Below, piece after piece: positions 1 to 13,797 of a stretch of DNA of 64,000 nt (position 1 is the first letter of the stretch; every line of letters begins with the position of its first letter). The notes beneath the pieces are model-generated. The model made no database searches, was not told the DNA's origin, and saw only the letters and a program-made list of their open reading frames with translations. A program made the translations under genes and the position numbers. Location of the stretch: NCBI GenBank assembly GCA_951406725.2, contig OX597816.1, forward strand, positions 68,820,001 through 68,884,000, read 5' to 3'. The DNA is from Octopus vulgaris (taxonomy: Eukaryota).

Positions 1-734
1 TGACTTTTCATACTATTCAAATATTACAGCATACATATTTATGCACACAAATGTAGGAATTTTTAACAGTTATATCAATACAGTTAAGTTAATTTAGTTA
101 GTTTTAGTTTTAACGGAAAATTACATATACTAAACAGATAGATTTTTTCTAGCTCATACAGATATTTCGAACACTTATTCATTACGTGGTCTTTACGATT
201 TGTATTATATTAATAAGGATATCAATGAAAATTGGAGGGAAATGTTTAAAAATTTCGTTATGAATGTGAAAGAGGAGCAATCATCTCTATTCTAAGGTGA
301 TTTCGATGACAAATATATGTGATAATTAAATAATTAATTTTATATCTGAAAAATATTCAATTATTAGATAATAATTGACATATATCGTGAGAAAAATGCT
401 ACGCAATTTAGATGAGTACATGCATATATTGAAATATAGAGAATTTAATTGAATGAAGCCTTCATGTTATGTGAAAGGCTGAAGGAATTATTTTCTATGA
501 TTATACGGGGGAAATATCACATCGAAAACAGAAAGAAATTAGAATTATAGGAAAGCCTGATGGATATAAATGATTGATATTTTGAAAAGCAAAGCAGGAA
601 GAAAAGAACGAATAGCTTTTAATAATACATATCTGTATATGTATATTCATAAATATATGTCTGTAAATAGAGAAAGGTAGAAAGAGAGAGAGAAGGTAAG
701 GGAATAAGAGAGACATATAAACATATGAACATAC

Positions 735-770
<36 letters not shown>

Positions 771-838
771 ATAGTTATCGCCATACTAATATGGCATTCT
801 TATAAAAATAAGAAATTAGAGAGACTTAGTTATTTTAA

Positions 839-885
<47 letters not shown>

Positions 886-952
886 GAATTATTATATATA
901 TGTATATGAATTATTGCCCTCTTATATTTATATATCTATAAGTATGTGTGTG

Positions 953-1007
<55 letters not shown>

Positions 1008-1013
<6 letters not shown>

Positions 1014-1236
1014 AAAATAATATGTGACAATTATTCGGAGGCAAGATAAAACTCTGAGTTTCGGATGTCAAGGTGGAAATCCACACTATCATCTTTTCGG
1101 TTATCTGGATTTTTCACCTCGGCATCCGAAACTCAGATTTTTTCTTGGCTGCCGAATAATTGTCACATATTATTTTACAGATAAATTCCTCTATTTTCAT
1201 AATATTGAGGTATCTTTCTTTATCTTACCGTTTTTA

Positions 1237-1240
<4 letters not shown>
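1008..1240. mobile_element. Fold-back (inverted repeat) element of the 1.0/9.3/14.4 kb family, with degenerate hammerhead; Penelope-like pLTR remnant
   Basis: Arms ~1014-1083 and ~1106-1176 are reverse complements; homologous to 9246-9522 and 14367-14638; flanked by (TA)n on both sides; minus strand 1044-1106 reads AGATAA-CCGAAAA-stem-GAAAC-TCAGA-GTT-TTATCT. Confidence 0.7.
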
Positions 1241-1295
<55 letters not shown>

Positions 1296-2303
1296 ATATA
1301 CATATACACGCACAGAGACAGACACAGACATGCGCACACACACATTTGTATATATATATACTTATATAAAGAATTAGATACATATTTACATATATAATAT
1401 ATATAATTTTTGTATGTATGTACGTATGTACGTATGTATATTTGCATTACGTGTGTATATGCATTTACGAGATTTACTGCCAATCTGGAAATCGAAGGAC
1501 CTTGGAATTTGTGAAGTTATGCTTATAGACTTTAGGAATGTGTATTTACTAGATTACTTAAATGTCTGGAAGTAAATATTAGAAAGGTCAGAATAAATGG
1601 AATCAAAATAGGTAAGTCGGAGATAATTTAAAGTATATATGTATAGGACAAACCCTACGGAATGATTTTTTTGAAAATGTTTTATACATGCTTATAGGCA
1701 TACATATTCTTTTATTTTTGTATTGTAATAAAATGGGAAGTAATTTTTTGAAAATTGATTACCTTCTGGGAAATTTGAAATTCTTCAAAATATATGTGCG
1801 CGCGTGTATTTGTGTGTGTGTGTGTGTTTATGTATGTATACAGGCATACACACACACACACACGTATATGTATATGCTTGTATATATGTTTTTTAATATA
1901 TTCATAAGTACATAAATGCGTACATACATTAACACATACATTCAAACACAGATACGCACACATATATACATATTTATGTACACATGCATGCAAATATATC
2001 ACATATATATACTTATATGTATTAAGAGATATATAGAAAAAGAAATATTGATATATAGGCGAACAATTCAAATTGACATTCTCACAATTTTGCAATACAT
2101 AAATTATATTTTTTTTAGGATTCAGTGAATGCCGAATCTTCTTGAGACGTTGCACTGAGTTTCACAAGCAGTATATCATTCAGTATCCTCATTTTTTAGC
2201 CAGAAAGGAGGGGTGGCCCTTTAGCACAGTAATACTGCTCGCCCAACACATACATACATACACACATACATACATACATACACACATACATACATACACA
2301 CAC

Positions 2304-2336
<33 letters not shown>

Positions 2337-2358
2337 CATACATACATACATACATACA

Positions 2359-2394
<36 letters not shown>

Positions 2395-2562
2395 TATGTT
2401 TGCTCGTACTTCTCGAGATGTTTGCTCACTGTTCTCAGGGCTCCGACAATTATTGGTACTACTGCTACCTTATTCGTCGACCACAACTGCTTAACTTCCC
2501 AAGCTAAAATGTCATATCTCTCAACTTTTCTTTCTTCGTGATCACATACCTCATACCATATT
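2395..2562 (-). pseudogene. R4/Dong-like LINE C-terminal restriction-like endonuclease fragment
   Basis: Translation ERKVERYDILAWEVKQLWSTNKVAVVPIIVGALRTVSKHLEKY fits the K..KY..L..E...LW....V.PIV.GALG pattern; abuts a (TTA)n tract. Confidence 0.7.
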
Positions 2563-2572
2563 ATTATCATCA

Positions 2573-2631
<59 letters not shown>

Positions 2632-2665
2632 GTTATTATTACTACAACAACAAATACTACTGCTG

Positions 2666-2734
<69 letters not shown>

Positions 2735-2757
2735 TCATTATTATTATTGTTATTATT
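2560..2757. repeat. Compound (TTA)n/(CTA)n microsatellite
   Basis: Directly visible. Confidence 0.95.
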
Positions 2758-3987
2758 AAACTCAACAAAGATACCTTATTAAACTCAACAAAGACTGCTT
2801 AGTTGTGAAACCTTACCAATTTATCGAACTAGTCTACAAATTTAGAATGGGTATGTCTATTTTTAGTTGTATCATTTTCTCTCAGTTATTCTCGCTTCAT
2901 CTAATGAAGGTCGATCTGTTAAATGGCTTACATGAGGACATTTATGAAGAAACTTCTGCCGAAGCTCTGTTAGAGTTAAGATAAGGCAACTCAACATTAT
3001 ACTGTTCTGCACTGAAATTTACATTAATCTTTTGAGATAAATTATTATAAATCCTTTTTCTGGAAATTTTCATAGATAATTTTTTGTGAAACTGCCATTG
3101 GATAACGAAAATAATAATTAAATTTTGGCAATTATCTTTCTCAGTAGTACGCTTCTGTAAGTAATTTTATATTCAATTCTTTTTTATTATTTCTGTATTT
3201 CTCTTTCAATTTCTCTTTTTATCTTCTACTTCGCTCTTTCTTTCTTCCTCTACCTCTAATCTGCATCAGTCTATCTGTATATATATCTCTGCGTGATTCT
3301 TTTATGAGGAGATCATCACATGCTCACAATTGTACGTACACAAATATATGATATGAGCCGGAGAGGGGTATTTTTGCTACTCAAAGTTAATCAAAAATGA
3401 AAATTTTTCCAGGCCTTTCTACTTTATTTAATCAGGATTGAAATGCGATTGGCTTCTTTTCTTAAATTCTAATTCAACCTGTCAACATAAATTTGAATTA
3501 GTTTTCTGTAGCTATTGCAGGGTGTCTCTGGGGGCGGGGGACGTGCTAATTGTATGGGGATATATAAGCTAATCCTAAATGTTAGAGCAACACTTGCCCT
3601 CTCTCTCATATAATGTCACAATGATCTTCAAAATGGGCTGCACTGTTCATTCCACGCTGCCATGAAAGTCAAGTAAATATATTACATGGTATGAGAACTT
3701 GACACTTGTGCCGCCGCTTCTCGCAATTCTGAAAGGGTTTTATTCACAAGGCTGCTGCCATGCCGGTGCTGACCTCTATGCTTTGTCTTGTATTTGCTTT
3801 ACTCTTCTCGTCAGAGTCGAACGTGTAAAAAGGTCAGTGATATAATAAGAGTAAACTCACTTTGACGGACAATTTATCCTCAGTACAATGCACCAATTTT
3901 GGTGAATGCAGTTTTAACTTCCCTTGGATAAATGCGATCGACAATAGCTCATTATCTGCAAAAAAAGAGGCTTGTATCTACTCGTAT

Positions 3988-4289
3988 ACTCTTACTCTTT
4001 TTTACTCTTTTACATATTTCGGTCATATTGACTGCGGCCTTGCTAGAGCAACGCCTTTAGTCGAGCAAAGCGACCCCAGGACTTATCATTTGTAAGCCAA
4101 GTACTTATTCTATCGGTCACTTTTGCCGATCCGCTAAGTTACGGGGACGTAGACACACCGGCTTCGGTTGTCAAGCGATGTTGGGGACACACACAAACAC
4201 AAACATACACACACATACACACACGCACACACACGCACGCACGCACACACACACACACTCACATACACACAGATACGCACACACACACA

Positions 4290-4320
<31 letters not shown>

Positions 4321-4372
4321 CCGGAAACATGTTGGTAAACAAGCTACTAACCACACAGCCAGCCCTGCGCCT
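3988..4372 (-). mobile_element. tRNA-headed SINE family A, internally deleted, with expanded (CA)n
   Basis: Reverse complement of the tail and head of the 30473-30860 copy. Confidence 0.85.
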
Positions 4373-4989
4373 TTATAGTATAAATTCTAAATTCTAAATA
4401 TCCATAATATAATAGAAAAAATTGCATATTTCACTAATGTAGATGTGATAGCAGATGAAAGTAAACTAAACATTTCCGTAAGGAGACACACCTTTGGTAC
4501 CATGAGTCTTTGAGGGAACTCCTATATGATCCCGTAAATTGATAGAAATCGCCCTTGAGTCATATACAACTATTTTAAAAGTAAAGGAAATACTTATAAA
4601 TGCGTAGCCTGGAAGCACTATGAATGAATATAAAATTAGTTGTCTTCCGTAATATGTCTGCCGATCCGCACTCATGTAGCGACAAAGCCAAATAATACCA
4701 ACAAGAACAACACAAACATCTACAATAACAAGAGTTACACATCAAATCAAAAAACAAAGTCTTCCCTTCAAATATTTATCATTGAAATTCTTTTGACGCT
4801 CACATGCTGACAATGTGTCGGTTGTCCAATGAACGTTCCCGTGAATTAAACGTGTTAAGACAATGTTCATTTTTATCCATTGTAAGATTTCTTTGCGGAC
4901 TGTCGCGCAGAAGTTCCGCCTGAGCATAGGAAGCACGGAATTGGCCACGCAGTTTCTTTTACACTTGGAGTCTCATATGGGCAAATCTG

Positions 4990-5300
4990 TTACTATAGTC
5001 TCGGGTCGACCAAGATCTTGTGAGTAGGCTTTTGGTAGAGGGAAAAAAACAAACAATATATAGATGTGTGTGTGTGTGTGTATATATGTCTGTACTTGCT
5101 ACCCATCGTCGCTTGACAACCGATGTCGGTGTGTTTACGTCCCTGTAAGATAGCAATTCAGGAAAAAGACCGATAAAATAAGTACTAGGTTTACAAAGAA
5201 TAAGACTTAGGATCGATTTCTTTGACTAAAACTCCTTGAAGACAGAACTTCAGCATGGCTGCAGTCAAGTGACAGAAAGAAGTAAAAGAACACAAGAAGA
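4990..5300 (+). mobile_element. SINE family A, 5' truncated
   Basis: Matches body and tail (cagcatggctgcagtcaa) of 30473-30860. Confidence 0.8.
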
Positions 5301-5719
5301 TATATATATATATCAAAAGTAGAAACATAACAAACGTAAATCGTCAAAACAACAAGCAGTAAAAGGACGATGGTATAACAACCTCAGACAGAACAACACA
5401 AGATACACGGATCATTTGCAACCAATTGCTTCTTCAGTCGGAGTCTGGAGTGTCCTCGTAGTTTCGATCAATCCTCTCCGATACTACTTGAAACCAGTTA
5501 GACCAAGGGCTTAAGTTGAAGGCATTAAGCCCTTATATGTATATGCTTATAAATATATATACACACACACACGCATATATATATATATATATATACATAC
5601 ATACATATAGATATATATGTATATATATATATATATATATACATACATACATATAGATATATATGTGTGTGTGTGCCTGTGTCTATGTATATCTTTAGGA
5701 TATGAATATATGCCACTTG

Positions 5720-6018
5720 CTCCGTCAGTTAAGTCGAGGAAGCTTCCAGTTGATCTAATCCATCGAACGGTCTGCTTGTGAAATTAATATGCAAGTGGCT
5801 GAGTTCTCTACAGACACACGTACCCTTAATTTAGTTCTCAGGGAGATTCAACGTCACGCGGAATATGACAAGGCCGGCCCTATTAAATATAAGTACCATT
5901 CAAATATGTTAGCTGAGGAAGAAACGTGAAATAAATTGTCTTTCTCAAGTACACAACGCGTCGCCGGGAATTATGACCATGAGCTGAATAGCCTAAACAC
6001 TAATCCAAACGCCTTCAA
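5720..6018 (-). mobile_element. CORE-type tRNA SINE (family E), decayed
   Basis: Homologous to 49548-49868; minus strand carries the ttgtgt.cttgag.aagaca.tttatttcacg block shared with 18014-18338. Confidence 0.7.
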
Positions 6019-6020
6019 GC

Positions 6021-6440
<420 letters not shown>

Positions 6441-6521
6441 TATGTAGAGGTTGATAGAGTTAGTTAGATGTCTAGATAGATAGACAAATAAATAGAGGGT
6501 ACTAAATAATTATATATATAC

Positions 6522-6556
<35 letters not shown>

Positions 6557-7339
6557 ACTCGATATATTGAATTATATCTGCATTTATGTATCCCTACACG
6601 CACACGCAAATATATACACGGACATATAGAATAAAACATCTTCGACTGATAATAGAGGAAGCACCAATTGACAATCTCTAGTTCATTATTTATTATATCT
6701 TGATTCCTACTTGTCTAAAGCCAAGGACAGATTTCTAAACATTTAATTATTGATCAACTACAGGACATTAAAGCGTAGGAAAAGTGACTGGCTCACTGAG
6801 AGGAATATTATGTCCAAGCACGCACAGAATACATAGGGGACGACAAACACACCGTCACGCACGCACTCACACATGCGCACGTATACGTACGTGTAACTAT
6901 GTTTAATAATATAACAACAGACGTCAATGGATACTCATGCGCAGGCTCATATGTGTGTGTGTATGTGTGTGTGTATGTGTGTGTAATGTACGTACATGTG
7001 TGTAACGTACGTACATGTGTGTATGTGTATAGCAACATACATATATGTTTGTGTGGTGTATGAGCTTTAGTGTAGAGTGAATATACCTGTCCAATGATAT
7101 ACGCCCACTATATATGTATAAATGCATGTATATATGCACACATATATACACATGTTTATATATATATATATATTTGTATGTGTGTCTGTATGTGTATGCG
7201 TGTGTGTGTGTGTTTATATATATATATATATATAAATGAATGTGTGTATATATATATATATATAAACATATATATATATATGTGTATATGCCCTTGTGTC
7301 TCTGTTCTCTCAGCATAGCTTGATAACTGATGTTGTTGT

Positions 7340-7485
7340 GTCTTAGTGGTTGGGCAGAAGTGGCCGATGGAATAAGTACTAGGCTTACAAAGAAGTCCTG
7401 GGATCAATTTCTTCGACTAAAAGGCGGTATTCCAGCATGGCTGCAGTCAAATCACTGAAGCAAATAAAATAAAAAATAAAAGAAT
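7340..7485 (+). mobile_element. SINE family A 3' tail
   Basis: gaataagtactaggcttacaaagaa...ggcggtattccagcatggctgcagtcaaa. Confidence 0.8.
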
Positions 7486-7490
7486 ATATC

Positions 7491-7529
<39 letters not shown>

Positions 7530-7594
7530 ACCTGTATCGATGCGTGTGTGTGTGTGTATTTGCGTATGTGTGTAAGTGTGTGTGTTTCAGTATA

Positions 7595-8108
7595 TATTCT
7601 TTTCTACTCTAAGCACAAGGCCTGAAAATTTTGGGGAGGGATCCTGTCGATTAGATGGACCCCCCATTACGCAACTGGTACGTAACGGCAGACGAAATGC
7701 CTATTTCTTTATTAATCACAAGGAGTTAAACACAGAGGGGACAAACAAGGACAGACAAACGGACTAAGTCGTTTACATCGATCCCGGTGAGAAACTGGTT
7801 CTTAATTTATCGACCCCGAAAGGATGAAAGGCAAAGTCGACCTCGGCGGAATTTGAACTCAGAACGTAGCGGCAGACGAAATACCTATTTCTTTATTACC
7901 CACAATGAACTAAAAACAGAGAGGACAAACAAGGACAGACAAAGAGATTAAGTCGATTATATCGACCCCAGTGCGTAACTGGTACTTATTTGATCGACCC
8001 ATGAAACGATGAAAGGCAAAGTCGACCTCGGTGGAATTTGAACTTAGGACGTAACGGCAGACGAAACACCGCTCAGGATTTCGCCCGGCGTGCTAATGTT
8101 TCCGCCAG
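7595..8108 (-). mobile_element. SINE family B, tandem multimer (~2.5 units)
   Basis: Repeated rc of gagttcaaattccgccgaggtcgactttgcctttcatcctttcggggtcgat; head rc at ~8075-8108. Confidence 0.85.
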
Positions 8109-8443
8109 ATGTTTCCGTGCATACAAACATGAAGAAATACAAATATTTGTTTGCGAAAGAATGACTAATGCAAACACAATCAGCATGATATATATAACGA
8201 CTCTTTGAACTGCTGCTTTGAATTTAAATTCGAAATATCTCCCAAACCAGTTGCTACAGCAGCCATAGATTTGCACCCTTTGACTGTTTGCCAATGTTTG
8301 ACCAATTAAACTAGAGAAGTCCAAAATGTTTTCTCTGGTCGCCTATTTAGTGGTAATGATAATAATCACGTATTACTAGGTGGATAATAAACCGCATCAG
8401 TAGTGATATTTAAGCTCTGCTTGTTACTACTAAATAACGTACG

Positions 8444-8535
<92 letters not shown>

Positions 8536-8927
8536 AACAGACACACACACAAACACATACACACACATATTCAGTTGCCGGATTCGTTAGTCAGATATAT
8601 ATATATGTATATATATAAATAAATTTTATACACCTTAGGGTCTAGAGAAAGAAGCTGCCTTCTCAACTAGGTTATACACAATTAATTAACACATACACAA
8701 CCCTTGCGCCTCAGTGTTCGTCGTCTGCACAAAGTTCTCTGGAGTATACGTCATTATTTTACAACACATCGAACTTCGGTAGAATATCCTAATAAATACT
8801 CTCTGGACTAGACGCAATTTCATTTTTGCTGATTAACGAAAAATATATAGGTATATACAAACATGCATACATACATACGTATATATATATATGTGTGTGT
8901 GTGCGTGTGTGTGTGTATTGTGGGGGG

Positions 8928-9237
8928 AGGGGCAGTGGTCCAGTGGTTAGGGCAGCGGACTCGCAGTCGTAGGATCGCGGTTTCGTTTCCCAGACCGGGC
9001 GTTGTGAATGTTTATTGAGCAAAAACACCTAGATCTCCACGAAGCTCCAGCAGGAGGTGGTGGCGCTCCCTGCTGTACTCTTTCGCCACAACTTTCTCCA
9101 ACTCATTCTTCTGTTGGCCTGGTCGATTAGCCAGCGATGTGGCATCATTTGGAGGCTAAAACAATGCGAAGCGCATTGTGACCAGCGGTGTGTTGTAGCA
9201 TCTGATAGCCTGGTCGGTCACGGTGATCATGGTGATA
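8928..9237 (+). mobile_element. tRNA-headed SINE family D
   Basis: A-box-like TGGTCCAGTGG and B-box-like GGTTTCGTTTCC; head homologous to 50722-50877; ends in short GGTGAT repeats. Confidence 0.8.
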
Positions 9238-9245
9238 TATATATA

Positions 9246-9522
9246 TTTATAGAAATGGTTAGACAACAAAAGAATAAAAGAAACCTCGATATTATGTAAA
9301 TAGAGGAATTTATCTGTAAATGTAATATGTGACAATTATTCGGTAGCCATGATAAATCTCCAAGTTTCGGATGTCGGGGTGGAAATCTTAACGGTCATTT
9401 TCATAGCATTTTTTCCGATGACCGGATAACTGGAGAGATGGCGGCGTGGATTTCCACCCCGACATCCGAAACTCGGAGTTTTATCATGGCTACCGAATAA
9501 TTGTCACGTTACATTTACAGAT
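9246..9522. mobile_element. Fold-back element of the 1.0/9.3/14.4 kb family, with degenerate hammerhead
   Basis: Arms ~9313-9388 and ~9449-9522 are inverted; plus strand 9424-9486 reads GGATAA-CTGGAGA-stem-GAAAC-TCGGA-GTT-TTATC. Confidence 0.7.
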
Positions 9523-9539
9523 ATATATATATATATATT

Positions 9540-10053
9540 TTAATGAAATGGATAAATGAATTATCTTGTTACGGATTATTCAAATTATAACCGATACCTG
9601 GGTAGCAAAAATCACAACAGAAAAATCACGGCTGAGGCTACGACCATGGGGTATCGTAACCGTGCCTTAGTGCGGATAATTGAAGTTTTATATTTAGTGA
9701 GGGAAGAAATGGAGCTGAACGAAGATTTTACAAAATTCCTTTTTATTATTTTATACACATGTTTCAAAGGCTGCAAATTCCCTAATTCGGATTGAATAAG
9801 GAGACCATTTTGCAGCATTCTCTTCAGGAAAATCCAGGAACTTAAATCTCCAAAACAAATACGCAGCAAGCTTTTCGAACAAACGCTCCCTAGGAGCCCA
9901 TGGTATGAATGGCACAAGACTGTCTCTCAATATGCGTTGACGTCAGGGTGGGTGAAGGCCGACGAAAAAGTCCGTTGAGATAATTCGAGGTCAAATTCCG
10001 GTTAACACTGCGCATTTTGAAAAATCTTCGTTCAGCTCCATTTCTTCCCTCAC

Positions 10054-10060
<7 letters not shown>
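9540..10060 (-). mobile_element. Penelope-like pLTR remnant with inverted terminal segment
   Basis: ~48-bp inverted repeat (9690-9737 vs 10013-10060) around a hammerhead; flanked by (TA)n; shares the ggtagcaaaaatc tail motif with ~16979. Confidence 0.6.
9748..9834 (-). ncRNA. Type I hammerhead ribozyme motif
   Basis: Minus strand: ATTTTC-CTGAAGA-[GAATGCTGCAAA...TTTGCAGCCTTT]-GAAAC-ATGT-GTA-TAAAAT; core intact, first helix I pair mismatched. Confidence 0.65.
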
Positions 10061-10146
<86 letters not shown>

Positions 10147-10191
10147 GAGAGTATTGTAGTTCGCTTGAAGCATTGTGTATTGTTTGTAAAC

Positions 10192-10641
10192 AATAATAAA
10201 AAGTTTTGGATCGTCCAACAATGCACTATAATACAGATAATGGGCTATATACATGTCGTAATTTAGTCATCCATAGTCTGATATGATATTTCGGAATAAT
10301 ATTCCTTCGGCAGATATTCTTAAATGGAGTCGCTGGTATTATCAGTTTTCCAACGGCTTTTCGTATTTATTTTGTTTTTCGAAGCGTCGCAGCAGTGGTC
10401 TCATGGTGCCTCTTCCTGGCCGACCTCAGGTCGCGAGACCACTTCTGAGACGCTTCCAAGAAAAATATAAAAGAAAAGCCATTGGGAAAACTTTTATAGC
10501 AGCGACTCCCTCTAAGAATATATGAAGAAGGAATATTATTCTGAAATATCATATCAGACTATGGATGACTAAATTACAACAGGTATATAGCCCATTGTCT
10601 ATATTATAGTGCATTGTTGTACCATTAAAAACTTATTATTT
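10192..10641. repeat. Imperfect ~215-bp-arm inverted repeat with degenerate hammerhead-like cores
   Basis: 10192-10410 is the reverse complement of 10434-10641; arms read CTGCCGA or ATGAAGA-A-GGAAT-ATT-ATTC(C/T)-GAAA. Confidence 0.8.
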
Positions 10642-10821
10642 ATTTATTTATTTATTTATATATATATATATATACATAATTATGAGATAAATTCATTAAA
10701 ATTAATGAGTTTTTCAGTGGCCAACATATAAAAAAAAAACCTTGTTTCAAGATAATATAATTGTATAGGATACAATTTCACCTAAGGGCACGGATGTTAC
10801 CACGCCTGTATGTTGAAAATA

Positions 10822-10981
10822 TATATTTCTTTATTGTCCACAAGGGGTTAAACATAGAGGGGACAAACAAGGACAGACAAAGGGATTAAGTCGATTACAT
10901 CGACCCCAGTGCGTAACTGATACTTTATTTATAGACTCCGAAAGGATGAAAAGTCAACCTCGGCGGAATTTGAACTCACAG
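10822..10981 (-). mobile_element. SINE family B, 5' truncated, with 11-bp TSD
   Basis: TGTTGAAAATA at 10811-10821 and 10982-10992. Confidence 0.85.
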
Positions 10982-11154
10982 TGTTGAAAATAGACGTCAA
11001 ATACGTCAAACAATTGCAGATGTTCACTCAACTTATAGAACCTGTGTATATGCGGAGTTAGTAACTGCAGTGGTTGCAAGTGTTTGACGTCTACTTTCAG
11101 CAAATAGGCATGGTAGTTACATTGTATCCTATACAATTCTCTCTCTCTCTCTCG

Positions 11155-11226
<72 letters not shown>

Positions 11227-11287
11227 GTGTGTGTGAGTGTGTGTATATATACATGTATATGTATATATACATACATATATATATGTT

Positions 11288-11430
11288 TAGTTTCCATCTG
11301 CGAAATCCACTTACAGGGTTTTGGTTCGCCCTGGCTATATATAGTAGAAGACACTTGACCAAGGTGCCAAGCAGTGGGACAGAAGCCGGAACCATGTTGT
11401 TGGGAAGGAAGTTACCACAAGTCACGCCTA
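11288..11430 (-). mobile_element. SINE family A head
   Basis: rc of the tRNA-like head of 30473-30630. Confidence 0.75.
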
Positions 11431-11469
11431 TGTATGTATGTAATTATATATATGTATATGTGTGTGTAT

Positions 11470-12040
11470 TAGTCATATTCTTATTTAATTGAACGCCACG
11501 CATCCGTTTGCAATTAAATTTATTTGAACCTATCTGTCTGTCTGTTTGTATCTCTCTCTCCTTCTTTCGCTTTTCTTTCTCTCGTCGTTCAAACGTGAGC
11601 ATCGTACTTCTTTCTTTTCCTCACGTGACCATCTTCCTTTTCGTGCACAGAGGTTCAAAGGACTGGAGTTATTCTATCTTCTATCTTTTCTCTTTTCAAA
11701 GAAAATATTTCTCCCGGAGATCACTATTTTTCCTTTCCTTCTGGTCTAACGAGCCATCATTTTTTTCGTTCGGTTTCAGTGTATGTCTCCACTGTCCTGT
11801 GTTTTTGTTCCCAACTTTGACCCTCCATAAATCCTAAATTTTAATTTATGGGAGGAACTGTATTTGAAGACTCACATTGTCGTTGATTACTCGAAATGAG
11901 TAGATAGACAAATGATGAAGGGTCATTCTCTGTGTTTACTTGTACTGTTTTCCATTTTCTCTCGTTCTTTGCGTATTGAGCTCATTTGTTTTCGTATTCC
12001 ATCTTGTTTTCACAGTTGATGACGTCCTGTAGCCATATAT
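11470..12040. repeat. Dispersed repeat of unknown class, homologous to 45980-46400
   Basis: Shared ttgttcccaacttt.accctccat and tttgaagactca.attgtcgttg blocks. Confidence 0.7.
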
Positions 12041-12043
12041 GAA

Positions 12044-12097
<54 letters not shown>

Positions 12098-12101
<4 letters not shown>

Positions 12102-12245
12102 ACAGGCTTTCCGCTACCAAATCCACTCACAAGGCTTTGGTCGGCCCGAGACTATAGTAGAAGACACTTGTCCAAGGTGCAACGCAGTGGGATTGAACCC
12201 GGAACGATATGGTTGGTAAGCAAGCTACTTACCACATAGCCATGT
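12098..12245 (-). mobile_element. SINE family A head
   Basis: rc of the tRNA-like head of 30473-30630. Confidence 0.8.
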
Positions 12246-12359
12246 ATATACATTTGTGTCTATGTGCGTGCATGTCTCCGCATATGTGCCTCTTTGTAAT
12301 TTGTATCTCTCTATCTAAATATGTCTCCTCCTACCTTCCTACTTTCTATATCATCTATA

Positions 12360-12469
<110 letters not shown>

Positions 12470-12560
12470 CCTACCTACCTACCTACCTCTCTCTCTCTCT
12501 CTCTCTATGTATATATATATATATATTTATATTATAGAAACGTATATATATATATATCTA

Positions 12561-12620
<60 letters not shown>

Positions 12621-13093
12621 AATGTATGTATATGTGTGTGTATGGGCAATATTAAGATATTGGCTTCATTTCAATCTAAAATAACGATCCTTCTTTAACT
12701 AGTGTTTCTACAATGATAATACGTATGTATTATACGAGTTAGTTATTACCCTGTTTCTGATTTTCGTTTCGTTTCATTTAGTTTTTCTTATAGTTGCTCC
12801 GCTTATGTTAAACTGTTTCATTATGAAATTAATTTACTACGTTAATTTTCAATTTCTAAAGAAATCATCACGTCGAAATTCGGAATTCTATTATTCAACT
12901 CAAGAAGTAGTCATGGAATTGGGAAGAAAAGAACTATTTTAAGCTCCAGGTTAGAAAGCGTTCTACTCCACTAGTGCAGAAATGTAATGAAAACCAGCGA
13001 AGTGATATAATGAAGAGGCGGAATTTCGACTGAAACGAAGACCGCGCTAAATAAAGCCGCGCAAACACTGTACTTTGTAACCAGAGTTCCAAC

Positions 13094-13095
<2 letters not shown>

Positions 13096-13164
<69 letters not shown>

Positions 13165-13187
13165 GATATATATATATATGTATATAT

Positions 13188-13233
<46 letters not shown>

Positions 13234-13454
13234 GTATATATATATATATATGTATATATGTATATATATGTATATATATATGTATATATATATATGTATA
13301 TATATGTATATATATATGTATATATATATGTATATATATGTATATATATATGTATATATATGTATATATATATATGTACACATATATATATACATATATA
13401 TATACATATATATATATGTATGTATATACAAATATATATATGTGTGTGTGTATT

Positions 13455-13491
<37 letters not shown>

Positions 13492-13603
13492 TTATATATA
13501 TATGTATATATATGTATATATATATGTATATATATGCATATATATATATATGTATATATATATATATGTACACATATATATATATATATATATACATATA
13601 TAC

Positions 13604-13634
<31 letters not shown>

Positions 13635-13667
13635 CAAATATATATAGGTGTGTGTGTGTATGTATAT

Positions 13668-13709
<42 letters not shown>

Positions 13710-13744
13710 GTATGTATATGTAGATATATATATGTGTGTATGTC

Positions 13745-13795
<51 letters not shown>

Positions 13796-13797
13796 TT
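13096..13797. repeat. ~700-bp interrupted (TA)n array
   Basis: Directly visible. Confidence 0.95.

Noticed and set aside
435-500. AGCCTT/AAGGCT hairpin flanked by TGAATGA and GAAG
   Set aside because: Too degenerate to call as a hammerhead
4742-4948. Short non-repetitive ORF as a host exon (also 57970-58327 and 54593-54901)
   Set aside because: No recognisable domain or convincing splice context; small host exons cannot be excluded without RNA-seq
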